A stretch of 64,000 bases of DNA from assembly GCA_026770705.1 (NCBI GenBank), contig JANJGN010000006.1, positions 24,056,001 through 24,120,000 of the forward strand, read 5' to 3'. This DNA is from Isurus oxyrinchus. Its lineage: Eukaryota. Under the pieces are notes generated by a model. It saw only the letters and a program-made list of their open reading frames with translations, was not told the origin of the DNA and ran no database searches. A program made the position numbers and the translations under genes. This document shows, one piece after another, positions 1 through 12,077 of the stretch (within the stretch, counting starts at the first letter, position 1; every line of letters begins with the position of its first letter).

Positions 1-689
1 TAAAAGCTGCATAGAGTGTTTGCTGATTATTGAGAACGTCTTCCTCATATACTAAGTGTTCATGGATACGCTGAGAGGTGAAATTAAAGTGTCTTTCCTG
101 GAACTCTCAAAAAAGAACATTGCACCCTGAAAAATCCTTACACATCAGCAACTGTTCACCAAGTAGCTGACTATGCAAATCAAGCATCAGGATGTGCTAA
201 GAGTCACTTTTGCAGTGAAATGTTTCTGTGAAATCAGCTCTTCAGCAGGTGAAAGTGTGGATACACAAGTTCTTTCTAGTTTAGCTATGGATTCAGCATG
301 CAGAGCTGTTGTCAAACCAGCCTCTCCACAACCAGGAAGCTGTCAAAACAAATGTTTTATTTTTCCCATGTTGGTGTTATATCTGTATGAAGGTCACTAG
401 CCAGACTACTAATATGGCTAGAATATTAGGTATGTCAATTACATGTATTGGTAGCGTGTGAGAGCTGCAATATTTAGCACTGAGAAAGGAGCATGATTTT
501 GCCTTGCTGAGGGAGCTGAGCTATTGATTTGATGGATAACATATTATTTAGCATTGTACAAAGAAGCATTATTTATTCATGGTGTAGCACTATGTGATAT
601 TGGGGTAGAGCATTATTTAACACTGTCATCAAGTGGCATTTGTTTAATGTTGTGAAATCCCAGTTACTATTTAGCCTCCGTGGTGTCAC

Positions 690-1070
690 TGGCAACAATA
701 TATTTACATAATGCTATTCATGCAGCAAAGCAATGTTGCAAAATATATTCAGTGAGCTGGGAGGAAATAGGGGAAATAGAAAACCAGGAGCTTAGGAGCA
801 TAATAAGTAAAGGAATGGTGAAAGAAAAAGATTTTTAAGGAGACCCTTGAAGGCATGAAGGAAGCTGATGAGGCAAGGGGATTTTGGGAAGTAGTAAGGG
901 AGTTCCAAAGGAAGCTGAGGCATAGTGGCTGAAGCATGCTAACATTAGCACTGTGAATCAGGAATGAAAAGTGGAGGAGTTTGGAGTGCACGTAGACATG
1001 TACAACTGTAGGTAATTGCAGAAGTAGGTCGAGGTACAGAGATGAAATGACCACATGGAAAACTTGGAGA
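690..1070 (-). mobile_element. Old L2-like LINE 3' fragment (approximate bounds)
   Basis: Purine-rich + strand with 'tttttaaggagacccttgaagg...agggagttccaaag...ggctgaagcatgc', resembling the antisense of L2 3' ends. Highly degenerate. Confidence 0.35.
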
Positions 1071-1379
1071 TTTCTTGATTGTGCCATGATTGGTTCTATA
1101 TCATGCTGCATTATCAGCAACCCTTCCTTTTCCCATGGGAATTCCCTTTCAGGGTAGCCAGTCTGCTCCCATTGGGGTGACACAATGAAGGGAGTAAACA
1201 CAGTATTTGGATCGTGGGAATACAGGAAGCCAGCAAAGCTTGGCGAGGACTGGTGTGTGAGGCACAGAGCTTTTTTGTGGGAGACAACATGGGCTATGGA
1301 GTTAATTCTAAACATATACAAATGATTGATTAGACTGCAGTTAGAATATGTCATTATAAAAATGCAGCAAGAAAGGTAT

Positions 1380-1885
1380 TTTACCATGAATAAGAACCTG
1401 GAAAACTTATCCTGTGTGTCCAATTTTGAGGGTAAAATTTTAATTATATCAAAGAGAGTGAGGGAAAACAGTTACAAAATGGTACTGAAGATGAGGGGTT
1501 ATAGTTAAGAGGAGATACTAGAGAAACAGAGACACGTTTCACTAGAACAGAGAAAGTGAAGATCCAATAGAAATGTTCAAAATTAGGATTGGTTTTGATA
1601 TCAAACAAACTATTTTACTGGCTAGTGAGTCAGTAATACTGAACCTGAATTAAAGATCATTACCGAAGGAACAAAAGAAGAGGCTAGAGTATTTTTGTTA
1701 TCTGTGGGATTGCTAGAACATAGAATGCCCTTTCATTGATGAAAATGGACCTTTAATAGCTTTTAAAAGCAATGTGAATAATCATTAGAAAAATAAATGG
1801 GTATATGGGGAAAAACCAGGTGGTTGACACAAGCATGATGGTCTGTGTGGCTTCCTTTGGTGATATGAAGTTCTATCATTGTATA
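1380..1885 (+). mobile_element. Degenerate CR1 LINE 3' fragment
   Basis: 'atgaggggttatagttaagaggagatactagagaaac...tcactagaacagagaaag' matches CR1 ORF2 'GYSYEERLEKLGLFSLEQRR'. A CR1-like 3' tail lies at about 1830-1885. Confidence 0.55.
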
Positions 1886-2449
1886 GCACCCATCAGACTT
1901 AAGTTGCAGCCATTTTGCAAAGGATGACATTTACTCTCGATTCCCTGAAATTCCTTTCCCCAGTGAGCATAGTTTGTAAGCTTTTGAAATCTCTCAATTT
2001 CTGAATCCACCTTCTACTAAAGACATTTCAAAGTCAGCTTTTCTCCTCACCTCAATGAGAATCTCCATCACACTAATGTCATGCATACTGATATTAAACA
2101 CTTTTCTCTAAGGCTTTCTTGAGAGGTTAATGCAACTCTAAATGTCATTTTCCATTAGTCAAAGAAGCACTTTTTTTTAGATCAAACAATTTATTTGAAC
2201 AAATATAGAATTGTGTGGACAGTCATCTGAGCTGCAGAGTTCCCCCACTTTATCGTATTTTGCTTTAATCAGAAAAAACATATATTTAATGCTTATCATT
2301 TTTTCAAAAATAATTCATAAAATATGAATCATTATCAACAATGATTTGAAATCTTGATGTGCACACAGAAATTTTACAAATATATACATCGTTCATACCT
2401 CTCAAAATTACCTTTTGGTTCTCAGGCTGATATCTGAGATCCATTAGCA

Positions 2450-2525
2450 GTTCTGAAACATTAACCTATTTTCCTGTCTCAGATGCTGATGTGACCTGTT
2501 ATTCATTTCTAGCATTTTCAGCTTT
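2450..2525 (+). mobile_element. Degenerate Penelope-like pLTR remnant
   Basis: 'ctgaaacattaac...cagatgctgatgtgacctg...tttctagcattttc' aligns with the pLTR copies at 39760-39835 and 42350-42420. Confidence 0.55.
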
Positions 2526-4871
2526 ACTGAAACTGTGATCTTGCTGTACAGACTCAGAAAGAACCTCGGATACCAGCAACGCAAATGTTCAAGTCAGTTT
2601 CATTTAAATATGATTCTGAACAATGTGCTGGATGTAAACCACACAATGAGAACCCAGCTTAAAAGCTTTTTTGTTCTGCACTCACCTCTGGGTGGTGCTG
2701 GTGTACTAGAATCACTGTTGCTGAATTTGGCTCGAACTGGCTGGCACCAGCTGAAGCTGTCTTGACAGTACACATGCAGACAGCCCCACAGAGAATACAG
2801 ACAAAAGAAGCTGCAGAGAGCAGTGGAGCTGGAAGGCTTCATCACCAGCAGCTCAGCTACCCCAGTTATTCATCTGCATTGCAGATCCCATCAATTCTCC
2901 TGCTGCGACAGCAGCCGGCTACACGCTGATTAAGGGGGATTCTGTGGCTTAAGGATGAAGGTCCAAACTGACAAGTGGAATCAGCGGCCAGGGGAAAGAG
3001 CAGGATTAGGAGAAACTGGGAATAAGGGAGGGAATATAATGACCACAGTGTATCTGCTGATTAGCCTAAAACTGTATGAACATTGTATGAAGGTTCTCGG
3101 AAGCTGTGTTAGTCCCTGGACACTTTGCCAATCCATCACCTGTCAAGTAGCTGCCACAAATACAGTGTGACTAAAGAATGTACTAGTGCCCATTGTCCTA
3201 ATGGTATCAAATCGGGATTTTCTATATTGAACCCCACATATCAATTTTAATTCTGCATTAGCTGCCAACAAGCTATTAACTTGTTACTGTTTTTTTATGG
3301 TTTTTCCTAGCATTTTGTCTTTTCTTGGACAGGTGAATTTAATTTGCATTTCCTACCATGTCTTTTCAGAGCTATGGCTGTAGAAGACAGTTAAACCAGG
3401 CCACTCTGGAGCTATAGCCTGTCATATTCTTGCAGGAACCACCAGTGTATGTTAAATTTGAGATGAACAACAAACTTGTAATCAATCAATCTTTACTAAT
3501 TACTATTGACTTTCTTATTTGATTACCCTCTTTGGTTATCACATGCCCTGAAGTTGTAATAGCACTGATGTTAAAACAAATGTGTTCCATATTTCTCTAG
3601 TCTATTTGCCTCCAGGAAACTTCCTTCAGCTAAGGGAAGAAGATTTCACCCATGGACACCGAGAACTGTTGAAAATATTCTTCTGGTTGGGCTAACTTTC
3701 TCTTCAGTCTTCCTGTTCATCATCTATTTCATGCAAACATGTTACTACCATCTGCAGTGGGAGTGATGAAATCAAACTCCTGGCTCAGACAGGTTGCAGT
3801 TGCTTGGAAACTGTTTTCTCTGTGTCTCTGATGCTTTAAGTGCAGAGAGAAAAAAGATGCGTTCAGATGATGTTGACTTATTTTTTCCTGTGTAGACGTG
3901 AAGAGATTTACGAACGATCGGTATTTTATTTAAAGTAAAACCATTGTCTGTCAGGATGAGTCAATCACAGAACTGGTAGGAAGAAGTCATCAGAACGTGA
4001 TCAGTTTAATATCACCATAAACTTGCTTTGTTTGGGAGGTCCTGAGCTCTCATATGTTCTTTCAACAAAACTGGTTGAACCCTTGGAGTTGAGTCAGATT
4101 TGTGCACGATATTGACTCAGAAAAGCCATCTCAGATGCTTTGATCTCGCTGCAGTGGGGTTTGATAGACTAGGGACATCTTAAGCCAAAGCAAATTGGAT
4201 GTCAAGAGGAGGTCTGTTTGTTATTTGTTAAATGCAAATCAGACAGAAAAAGGACAAAATGTGAACTTAATAGTTGTGGGTCCTACTAATCCCTTCCCCA
4301 GAGTTTGTTATATTGGTAAAGGGAGAGCATTTTGCTGGAAACTTACTTCACACATCTTAAAGAATAGGTATCATTGTTTTCTGTGTTAAAACATGTTGCA
4401 TCTGAAGTTATCATTAATTATTTAAATTGGCACCTAATTACATTAACTGTAATAAGACTATTTATGTAGATATAGATTGGCTACTTCAGGAAAGGTTGCA
4501 TTCTCCATACAATAATATAACCATAAAAAATGATACATACAATAGACCTCGAAGATTTGATTTCTGCTTACAATATAATATTTATCTGTATGAGATAAGG
4601 CTCAGTCTTCCAGCTTTTTGTTTGGGCCCATGCACCCTTTAACTTTGCTCCAATACCATGCCTTTAAATTTTATTTTAAGTTAGCACAAGATTCCTTATG
4701 AGTGGAATGCAAGTAATATTACCCTGAGCACCTGAGGTCTAGATCTACCTGTGCTGAATGCTCCAACTTGTGCATGGTGACTCCAGACTCCAGGCTCCAG
4801 TTTCATCCTCTGGCAGACTCCATTTCCCATTGGTCTCACTGTTAAATGAACTGTGGCTACTGGCAGCCACT

Positions 4872-4950
4872 GACCAAATAGCTTCTGTCTTTGAACCCTC
4901 AATGACATCGTCCCTTTCCAGGCCTCTAATAGTATCTTTGATCAGAATTC
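4872..4950 (-). mobile_element. Isolated internal CR1 endonuclease fragment
   Basis: Translates LIKDTIRGLERDDVIEGSKTEAIW, homologous to LIKESITAVRRDDILEGSSNEAIW in the CR1 at 59974-60279. Confidence 0.6.
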
Positions 4951-5334
4951 TGAATGATAAGCAGAATATGTGTCTGGAAGAAGCAACTTGTGCTGGCTTT
5001 TCCACTCAACATGAGGGGATAGTGTGATGTTGAATGGTGTTTTACCCAAGGGCTTGATGGATAAATGACATAACATACTCAGTTGAGATGTGTAATTTTC
5101 ATTCATAGATGTAAGTCGCACTTAATGGCATCAAACGTTTACCTGCTCGACCTACCAAGCCAAAAATACATTTCAAGAGCTCCATATCTTATTGGCTGAT
5201 CATTTGAAGCCCCAAACCTTACCACATGGTTCATAACACTTCTCTGCAGCCCACCATGCCCAACTAAGTTGGGTATAATAAACTGCATAGGACAACCAGT
5301 CTCATTATTGAGTACTCTAAGGCTGCTGCAGCAG

Positions 5335-5510
5335 ATTCAATATGAACTCCAAAAGGGAGTTGGATAAATACCATAATGGGAAACTTTGTAGGGCTAAGGG
5401 GAAAGAGTAAAGAATTGGTTAGTAATGGGTTGGCTCTTTCAAAGTGTCAGAACAGGCACAGTGTCCTGAATGGCCTCCTTCCATGCTGTATTATTCTATG
5501 ATTCCATGAG
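5335..5510 (+). mobile_element. CR1 3' tail
   Basis: 'aaagggagttggataaata...gaatggcctccttccatgctgtattattctatgattccatga', a CR1 3' UTR with an 8-bp terminal repeat. Confidence 0.65.
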
Positions 5511-5569
5511 GGTTCCACTGCATTAAGTCTTCTGGCTAAAAATTGGATTGTGCTGTTATTCAGAGGTTG

Positions 5570-7980
5570 GGACCATGATTTGCGACCAGTTTGTGCAGTT
5601 CTGGAGGATGTAGGCGGCATGTAAATTTGGTACTGCTACTTCATTTCCATGTTTGTAACATAGGTTATACAGGCAGCTCCAACACTACAGCATGACAGGG
5701 AGATAGAGCAGAGACTGCAGACAAGGCAAGTTCTGCATGATGCCCTTTGCCAACCTGAAGCTGGTCTCCACCCTGCTCCTGGACTATGACAGATGGTTGT
5801 TTGGCAAGCCAACCGATGTATGTCACCCCATCAATGCTTTCATCTGAGTCCTCTGCAGTAGAACATGTCTGGCACCTTGCCCTTGGAGGACCTGGCACAC
5901 AAACCTTCCATTCCTCCTGGCATGGCAGCAGCACAACTCATGTCCAGTGACTTAGCATGTGCAGATCCAAACTCTGTAATACCTTCTAATAATTTATGGC
6001 TGCCTCTGCATTCAGCAGTGGGGCAAGCAGCATTCAATAATAGCATTGGGTGCAGCCAGTCTTCTATTCTTAAAGACAGTCTGTCCCTCTTAAAGAGAAG
6101 ATATACTGAATGAGAGAAGGCTGTTCTTGAATACAATTGTTGCAATTCTAAAGAAGGAGAATGTACCTCCAAGGGTGAGGGAGTATTCCGGGGTCACGGA
6201 TGCATGCTGGAGGCACTACTGGTGTAGATGGATAGAAGGAGAGATGCCATGGTCCTGTGGGGGGGCAGGAGGCTCACAAGGACCACCTTCAGAGGGATCA
6301 AGAGCAAATGGCTTGGGCACTCCACTCCTGGGGCACAATTTTCCGGTCGTCAGGTGGGTGCGGTTGGTGGGCCTGGGCAGGGTGGTGAAATGGTCTACCG
6401 CCCATGATCGGGCCCTGGATGCCTCAGGGAAGCTGAAAAATTGTGGACACAAAAATAAACATTTTAAAAATGAGAAAAACATCCCCACGTGACACAGTTA
6501 CATGAAGAGGGACACGTTTAAAATTTTTTAAAAAATTACTTCTGGAAACCTCATGGATGAGGCTTCCTAGCTGATTTGCCTACCTGCCAACCGACCGGTT
6601 GGACGGGCAATGAAAAATACAAATTAATTACCTGCTTAACGGCCTTAATAGACCTCGTAATTGTCAGTGGGTGTGCTGCCAACTCTCGCATGTGCCTGTC
6701 GACCGATAGATTGTGAGTGTGCGCCATGACGTTGGGGCGCTCGCCTGATGTGATTGCGCGTGATTTTACACCCGACTGAGTACATGGGACGTAACATCCT
6801 GCCCCTAGTGCCTGGACCAAAGGACCTGACAGCAGTGACACAAGATGCCTAATGATCTCATGCAGGTGGTCAAGGTCCTCGCTTGATATCTCCAACCCTT
6901 CACGCTCCTCTGTGCATCACACCTCCATCACTCACACATGAGCAGTTCCTGACAGTCAGGATTACTGCCATCATCCAAATACTCCACCTTCACACACCTA
7001 TCAATACTGCTAGTATCACACCTGCCTCTCATTCCCTACACATACCTCCATTTAGTCAGCTATGGCAGGCAGACTACCCAAACACAGTGCTACACAATCA
7101 CTCACTGCCTTCTCCCTTGCAAGACAAGTTGGTGAACATGGAAGGGAGCAAAGCAGGGGACAAGGCCCTCTCATTTCCTTAGCCCTACAAGAAATATGGT
7201 TCTCTGTATCATGGGGTCAGCCACGACAATGCTCGCGATGGTGATGGTATGTTTCTGCCTCATGCCTCTCCTCAACTCCTAGCTCACTCTCCTCATGCTA
7301 TCTGACATTAAGCTTAAACTACAGATAGTGTGACCATGGATCTCTGGTTTTCCACCCCATCCAACCATTCCCTTCTGATCCACTACTTTCGGACACCAAA
7401 GACCTGCCACTTGTAGAGCCACAGCAGCTCCAGGAGCAGGCGAGAGAGAACAATAACACAACACTGATGAAGAAGCGCTGTCACTGACACTAACAGCAAC
7501 CAACTCAGACACTGCCACCTCACATAACTCAGGAGCTGTTATAGAGTTTGCATCTGCACATATGGATTCACTGGACATGAGCTGTGTTGCAGCCACACCA
7601 GGAGGAATGAGTGGTTTGTGTTTCCGATCCCTGGAGGGAAAGATGGCAGGAATGCTCTGCTGCAAAGGATTCAATTAGAACCTTGATGAGGTAGCATACA
7701 TTGGCTGGCTTGTCAAACAGCCACCTGTCGTTGTCCAGATGCATGGTGGAGTCCAGCTTCAAGTTCACAGAGGGCATCATGCAGAACCTCTCTTTAGTCT
7801 CTACTCTAACTCCATGTCATGCTGCAGACCCAGAGGCACTGCAACTGCTCTCCCCACACCTGTTGCAGCCTTTTGTGTGAACAAGTCACCTACATCTCTG
7901 AGCTCCCTGTAAGGATGCAGCAACACTCCCTGCCAAATCTAGGAACTCACCACAACACGTCCTAAAATACTCCAGAGTAC
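5570..7980 (+). mobile_element. Degenerate Harbinger/PIF element (Myb/SANT ORF remnant), interrupted by a MITE
   Basis: 6170-6330 plus 6805-6875 give a broken Myb-like frame (..LEALLV*MDRRRDAM.. / ..HKMPNDLMQVVK), similar to the Myb ORFs at 35786 and 41755. It is followed by a C/A-rich segment, as in those copies. Confidence 0.5.
6331..6804. mobile_element. Non-autonomous Harbinger-type MITE
   Basis: Termini GGGCACAATT...CATCCTGCCC with 3-bp flanks ctg/cta. Internal similarity to the MITE at 37683-38373. Confidence 0.75.
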
Positions 7981-7994
7981 TTTCAGGTAGTAGA

Positions 7995-8102
7995 TTTTAA
8001 AAATTCATTCATGGGACATGGCCATTGCTGGCCAGGTCAGTATTTACTGCCCATCCCTAGTTGCCCTTGAGAAGGGGTGGTGAGCTGCCTTCTTGAACCG
8101 CT
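7995..8102 (-). mobile_element. Non-LTR retrotransposon 3' end (same family as 25215-25392)
   Basis: 'ttcattcatgggacatggccattgctggccagg...cccatccctagttgcccttgagaagg..gtgagctgccttcttgaacc' is repeated at 25215-25320. Confidence 0.7.
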
Positions 8103-8224
8103 ACATAGTAAGGGCAAAAGGCAGCAAATTCGTGATGCTTGAAGTATGTTAAATGCCATGTTGTCCTATATAGGTGTCACCTGACACAGGCAACATATAC
8201 TTTTCAGGAGGGGTATATGCTTGT

Positions 8225-8677
8225 GTTAGCCATGGATCAGTTGGTTGATCTCTTGCCTCTGAGTCCAGAAGGTTGTAGGTTCAAGTCCTACTCCAGAACT
8301 TGAGTTCAAAAATCTTGGCTGACACTCCAGTACAGTACTAAGGGTGTGCTGAGGTGCCATCTTTTGGATGTGACATTAAACTGAGGTCCCATCTGCCCCC
8401 TTAGGTGAATATAAAAGAACATATGTATTATTTTGAATAAGAGCAGGACTGTTATCCCCAGTGTCCTGGCCAATTTTTATCCCTCAATTAACATCACAAC
8501 ATCAGATGACGTGGTCATTATCAACTTGTAGAGATTTCCAGTGTGAAAATTGGCAGCTGCATTTCCTATCTTAAAATAGCAGTGATGGCATGTTCAAAAG
8601 CACGGCAATAGCTGCAAAACACTTTGAGACATTTGGTGGCCATGATAGGGGCTATATAAATACAGATCTTTCTTTGT
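8225..8677 (+). mobile_element. tRNA-derived DeuSINE (SacSINE1-like)
   Basis: B-box 'ggttcaagtcc', Deu-like core 'gtgtcctggccaatttttatccctcaa', 3' tail 'ctatataaatacagatctttcttt'. Confidence 0.75.
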
Positions 8678-10918
8678 TTAAAGGGGTTTGCATTACATTT
8701 CTGATGAAGCAAACATAGCAGAGTAGGGGCAGCTCTGAGGGGTTTCCTAGTTCACTGTGGAGAATAATCTCTGATAGAGCAAATTCATTTACCCCTGTAA
8801 TCAAACAAAATAACCCCTACACTTGGACAAGGCAAACACTGTGCTTTAATAGCTACATATTTTAAATGATAGCTGGCCTGTTGCATTGTAGTTCTTAGTC
8901 TTTGTCATAATTAAGCTTTAATTTGATGCACAGACTATGAAACAATGTTTCATATTGAAAGCATAAAAAGCATCTGTGTTGCACTTTGTGTGAACCCTTT
9001 TACACAAACAATATATTAGATTCAGGACTTGTGAATGACAGTCAAAGAAAACTCCATATTACCAGCATATTGCCTTTTTCTCTCAGTGATCAAGGGGCCC
9101 AAGTCCGTAAATGTTTACCGGTTTACCTCTGAACAGCTCAAGATTTATCTCTTAATTACCTTCAGATTGCATCTGATGACAGCAGATAATGGTTAACATT
9201 CTTTTTAAAGTGTTAGGTGGCAATGCTATTTACACAGGTCTGTGGGGATATGGTGCCTCCCAAAATAAAACAAATAAAATAAAATCTTATTTAATTAAAA
9301 AATAACACGCACAATATTGAGGATTATTGCAGCTCACATTTGCCATTAGTCCCAGCAGAATACCAGGTCTTGAAAAAACATGAAGATTTTCACACAGGTT
9401 TCATTAAAAGGTGAAAAGGGAATAATGAAAAAGCTCTTCTTTGAACTTGCTCACACACTGGGTTTAAAGAATGAAGTGTGAATTTTTAGGTAGCATTGGA
9501 ATACTTGCATACCTTTTTACTTAGTCCCCTCGCCCATTTTCTTTACGGGAAGGGGAATGAGATGATGCACATTGTCAATGAAGCACAGAAGGAGCTCTAC
9601 ATTCTTCAGCCAATGGCATTCAATGGAAGCATTTGATAGCGTTAGAGCTTGTTGAATGGGGGAGAAAAAACCTCTCTAATCCTTATTATGTCTGTCCTCA
9701 CCTTAATAAACATTCAGAAACAAACATAACAAGAGCCTAGCCTTCACGCTTTCCCTGGGGCCAATACTCCTTAGGTAGAATGTATTTGGAGACTAAGCAA
9801 GCACAAAAGAACACATTTTTGGAGTTAATGATGCATTGTTCCTGCACCAATCATCAAAAGCATCGCTTTCAATATTTTTTCTCATATCCTCATAGCTGCA
9901 TAGGTTGAAATGACATTAACTGAGACATTTGTTCTGGTAGGGAGCCAAATGTGTCGCTTCACTATTGATGTCTCTAGAGGGAATAGATAAACTTGATGTG
10001 TAAATATACAAGTTAACATTGGCCTCCACAAAATATTTTGTGTCAGAAAAACGTTAAGATAATTGCAGTTTCATTTTCAGTATTCTACTAATCATCTCAA
10101 AAGGTATACATTTTATTTTGTTTCTTTTTCCTTTCAATTTATATTTTATGACCGCTTATTCCTCAGATACAAGGTTTTTCCTAATGTGTCAGAAAGCTTG
10201 TGTTTAAACAGCTCAAAGCTGACATAGAAATAAATCTACAGTAAATGAGATCTTAACTTTATATTCCAAAACTATACCACTTGAGACCTTTCCTGTGATT
10301 TCTGAAGTTAAATGATTAAAACATTGCCTGGCATTGATTTTTACTTTTGCTTCTTTTTATCTGCTATCTGTAGAGCATTAGTGCCTCTCACATTGTTAGT
10401 AAAGGGTGGATCCAATCATAGGTAAATCCTTGTTCACACCATTTTTTTAAACAACATTATCTCAGTTCCAGGCCGTACAAATGTATTTTGCTGTAATGCT
10501 TTTCAGTTGAGGCCAATTTCGTTTGGTAAATTTGGTGTGAAAATGTGAAAGGTGCAGAGATCTCTGGCAGCTCATGTCATGAGTGACATATTGCCATGTA
10601 TATATGGGACTGGGAGCTATCAATCATAAGCTGCTTAGGCCAAAACTATTGATTTCTTTTCTTGAAAAAGTTTTATCTCCCCAGCTAATATTGATTATGT
10701 ATTGAACTAGCAGATATGATAAGAAGCAAGAACTATGAATTGCTGTGAATCATTGTATGCTCCGGCTACTACAGTTTACAGGTGTTGTGTGTTATTGTGT
10801 ATCACCATCAAGTTAAGAATAAAACACATCTAAAAGCAAGTTGTTATATTGTAGCATGGTGATTCATTCTATCATGCTACCTCAATTCATTTCTACCTCT
10901 ATGGATTATCATTTCTCA

Positions 10919-11226
10919 GAGTATTGCTGAAAAAAGTGAGATGTTGAAGCTTTTTGTCTTGCACTCATCAGGACACTACGCAAAAATACCAATATAAGGG
11001 GAAAACAACAATCTATACTGCATGTGAAGAGAACACCGATTGGTTGACAAGTAAACTCCTATGGGTAGAGGCATTGCCAACCAATTGGCACTCTTTTCAC
11101 ATGCAGTATAGATTGTTGTTTTCTCCTTATATTGGTATTCTTGCGTGGTGTCCTAATGAGTATAAGACAAAAAGCTTCGACATGTCTGTTTTTCAGCAAT
11201 ACTCAAGTTCTAACTACCAAATGACT
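10919..11226. mobile_element. Palindromic Penelope-like non-autonomous element with two hammerhead motifs
   Basis: Inverted arms of about 130 bp (10919-11046 and about 11077-11204), a 22-bp tail, and a 13-bp direct repeat atttctcagagta at 10911-10923 and 11227-11239. Confidence 0.8.
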
Positions 11227-11289
11227 ATTTCTCAGAGTAATGAAAATAACTTGTATTGAAGAGATATGCCATGGATGAGCCAAACTTCC

Positions 11290-11625
11290 TCTAGCTCACC
11301 TTTGAGTAATGTGTCAGTTCTTGTTGCCAAGTCACAAGGGAAATACTCAAGCCCTGGAGCCAGTTCAGAGAAAAACCACAAGACTGGTCCCTGATGTCAG
11401 TGGATTGAATTATGAGCAAAGGTTGCAGGATCTTGGGCTTTTCAACCTTCAAAGATGGTAACCACATAGCGATATATAAGTTAGTAAACAGTATGGGAAA
11501 ATTATATTCGGAAAATTATTTCAGATTAATCTGTGACCCTAGAAGAAGGGGACAGAAGTACAAACTAATAAAAGACAAATTTTGGACTCATGTCTGGTAG
11601 ATTTTTTTCTTGTCATGCAAGGATG
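11290..11625 (+). mobile_element. Old CR1 ORF2 C-terminal fragment
   Basis: 'tggattgaattatgagcaaaggttgcaggatcttgggcttttcaaccttc' resembles GLNYEERLQDLGLFSL, and 'agaagggacagaagtacaaact' resembles TRGHKYKL. Confidence 0.6.
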
Positions 11626-11644
11626 AATTCAAAGGATAGTGAAA

Positions 11645-11740
11645 GGAAAGAAAAGAAAGACTCGTATTTATGTAACACTTTTCATGGCCTCTGAACATCC
11701 CAGAATGCTTTGCAGCCATTGAAATGCTCAGTGTAATATA
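11645..11740 (-). mobile_element. DeuSINE 3' tail
   Basis: 'aaagaaagactcgtatttatgtaacacttttcatg...cccagaatgctttgcagccattgaa' is the reverse complement of the tail at 8600-8677. Confidence 0.65.
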
Positions 11741-12077
11741 GGGCGGAATCTTTAGGTCGGTGAGTGGGAGGCGGGGCCCATTCGCCAATGCGTAAAATGA
11801 CATGGGATGACGTCACTTCAGTTTTCAGGTTGGCGGGGGTGCAGCCAAATCAGCTGTGCGCCCTACGACCTGTTGAGGCCACTTAAAAAGCACTTAACAT
11901 AATTAATAGGCCTGCCTGTCCAACCTTAAGGTCAGCGGGCAGGCCGGGAGCCCTGGCAGGTTTCAGAAAAAGCATGAAACCTCATCCACAGGCGGGATCC
12001 GGGGCACCGATTTGGGCATCACCAGCCCCTGCCCACCCCCGCATAGTCCCCCCTTAGGTGGGGGGGAATTCTCCCCC
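11741..12077. mobile_element. Harbinger-type MITE (internally deleted)
   Basis: Termini GGGCGGAATC...GAATTCTCCCCC. The body matches 32872-33525 and 38478-39015. Confidence 0.7.

Noticed and set aside
749-1423. 224-aa ORF
   Set aside because: Runs through old LINE fragments and has no recognisable domain.
8701-9180. Other CTGATGA matches (8701, 9173, also 866, 7464, 16027)
   Set aside because: No stem II followed by GAAA and no stem I pairing, so not hammerheads.
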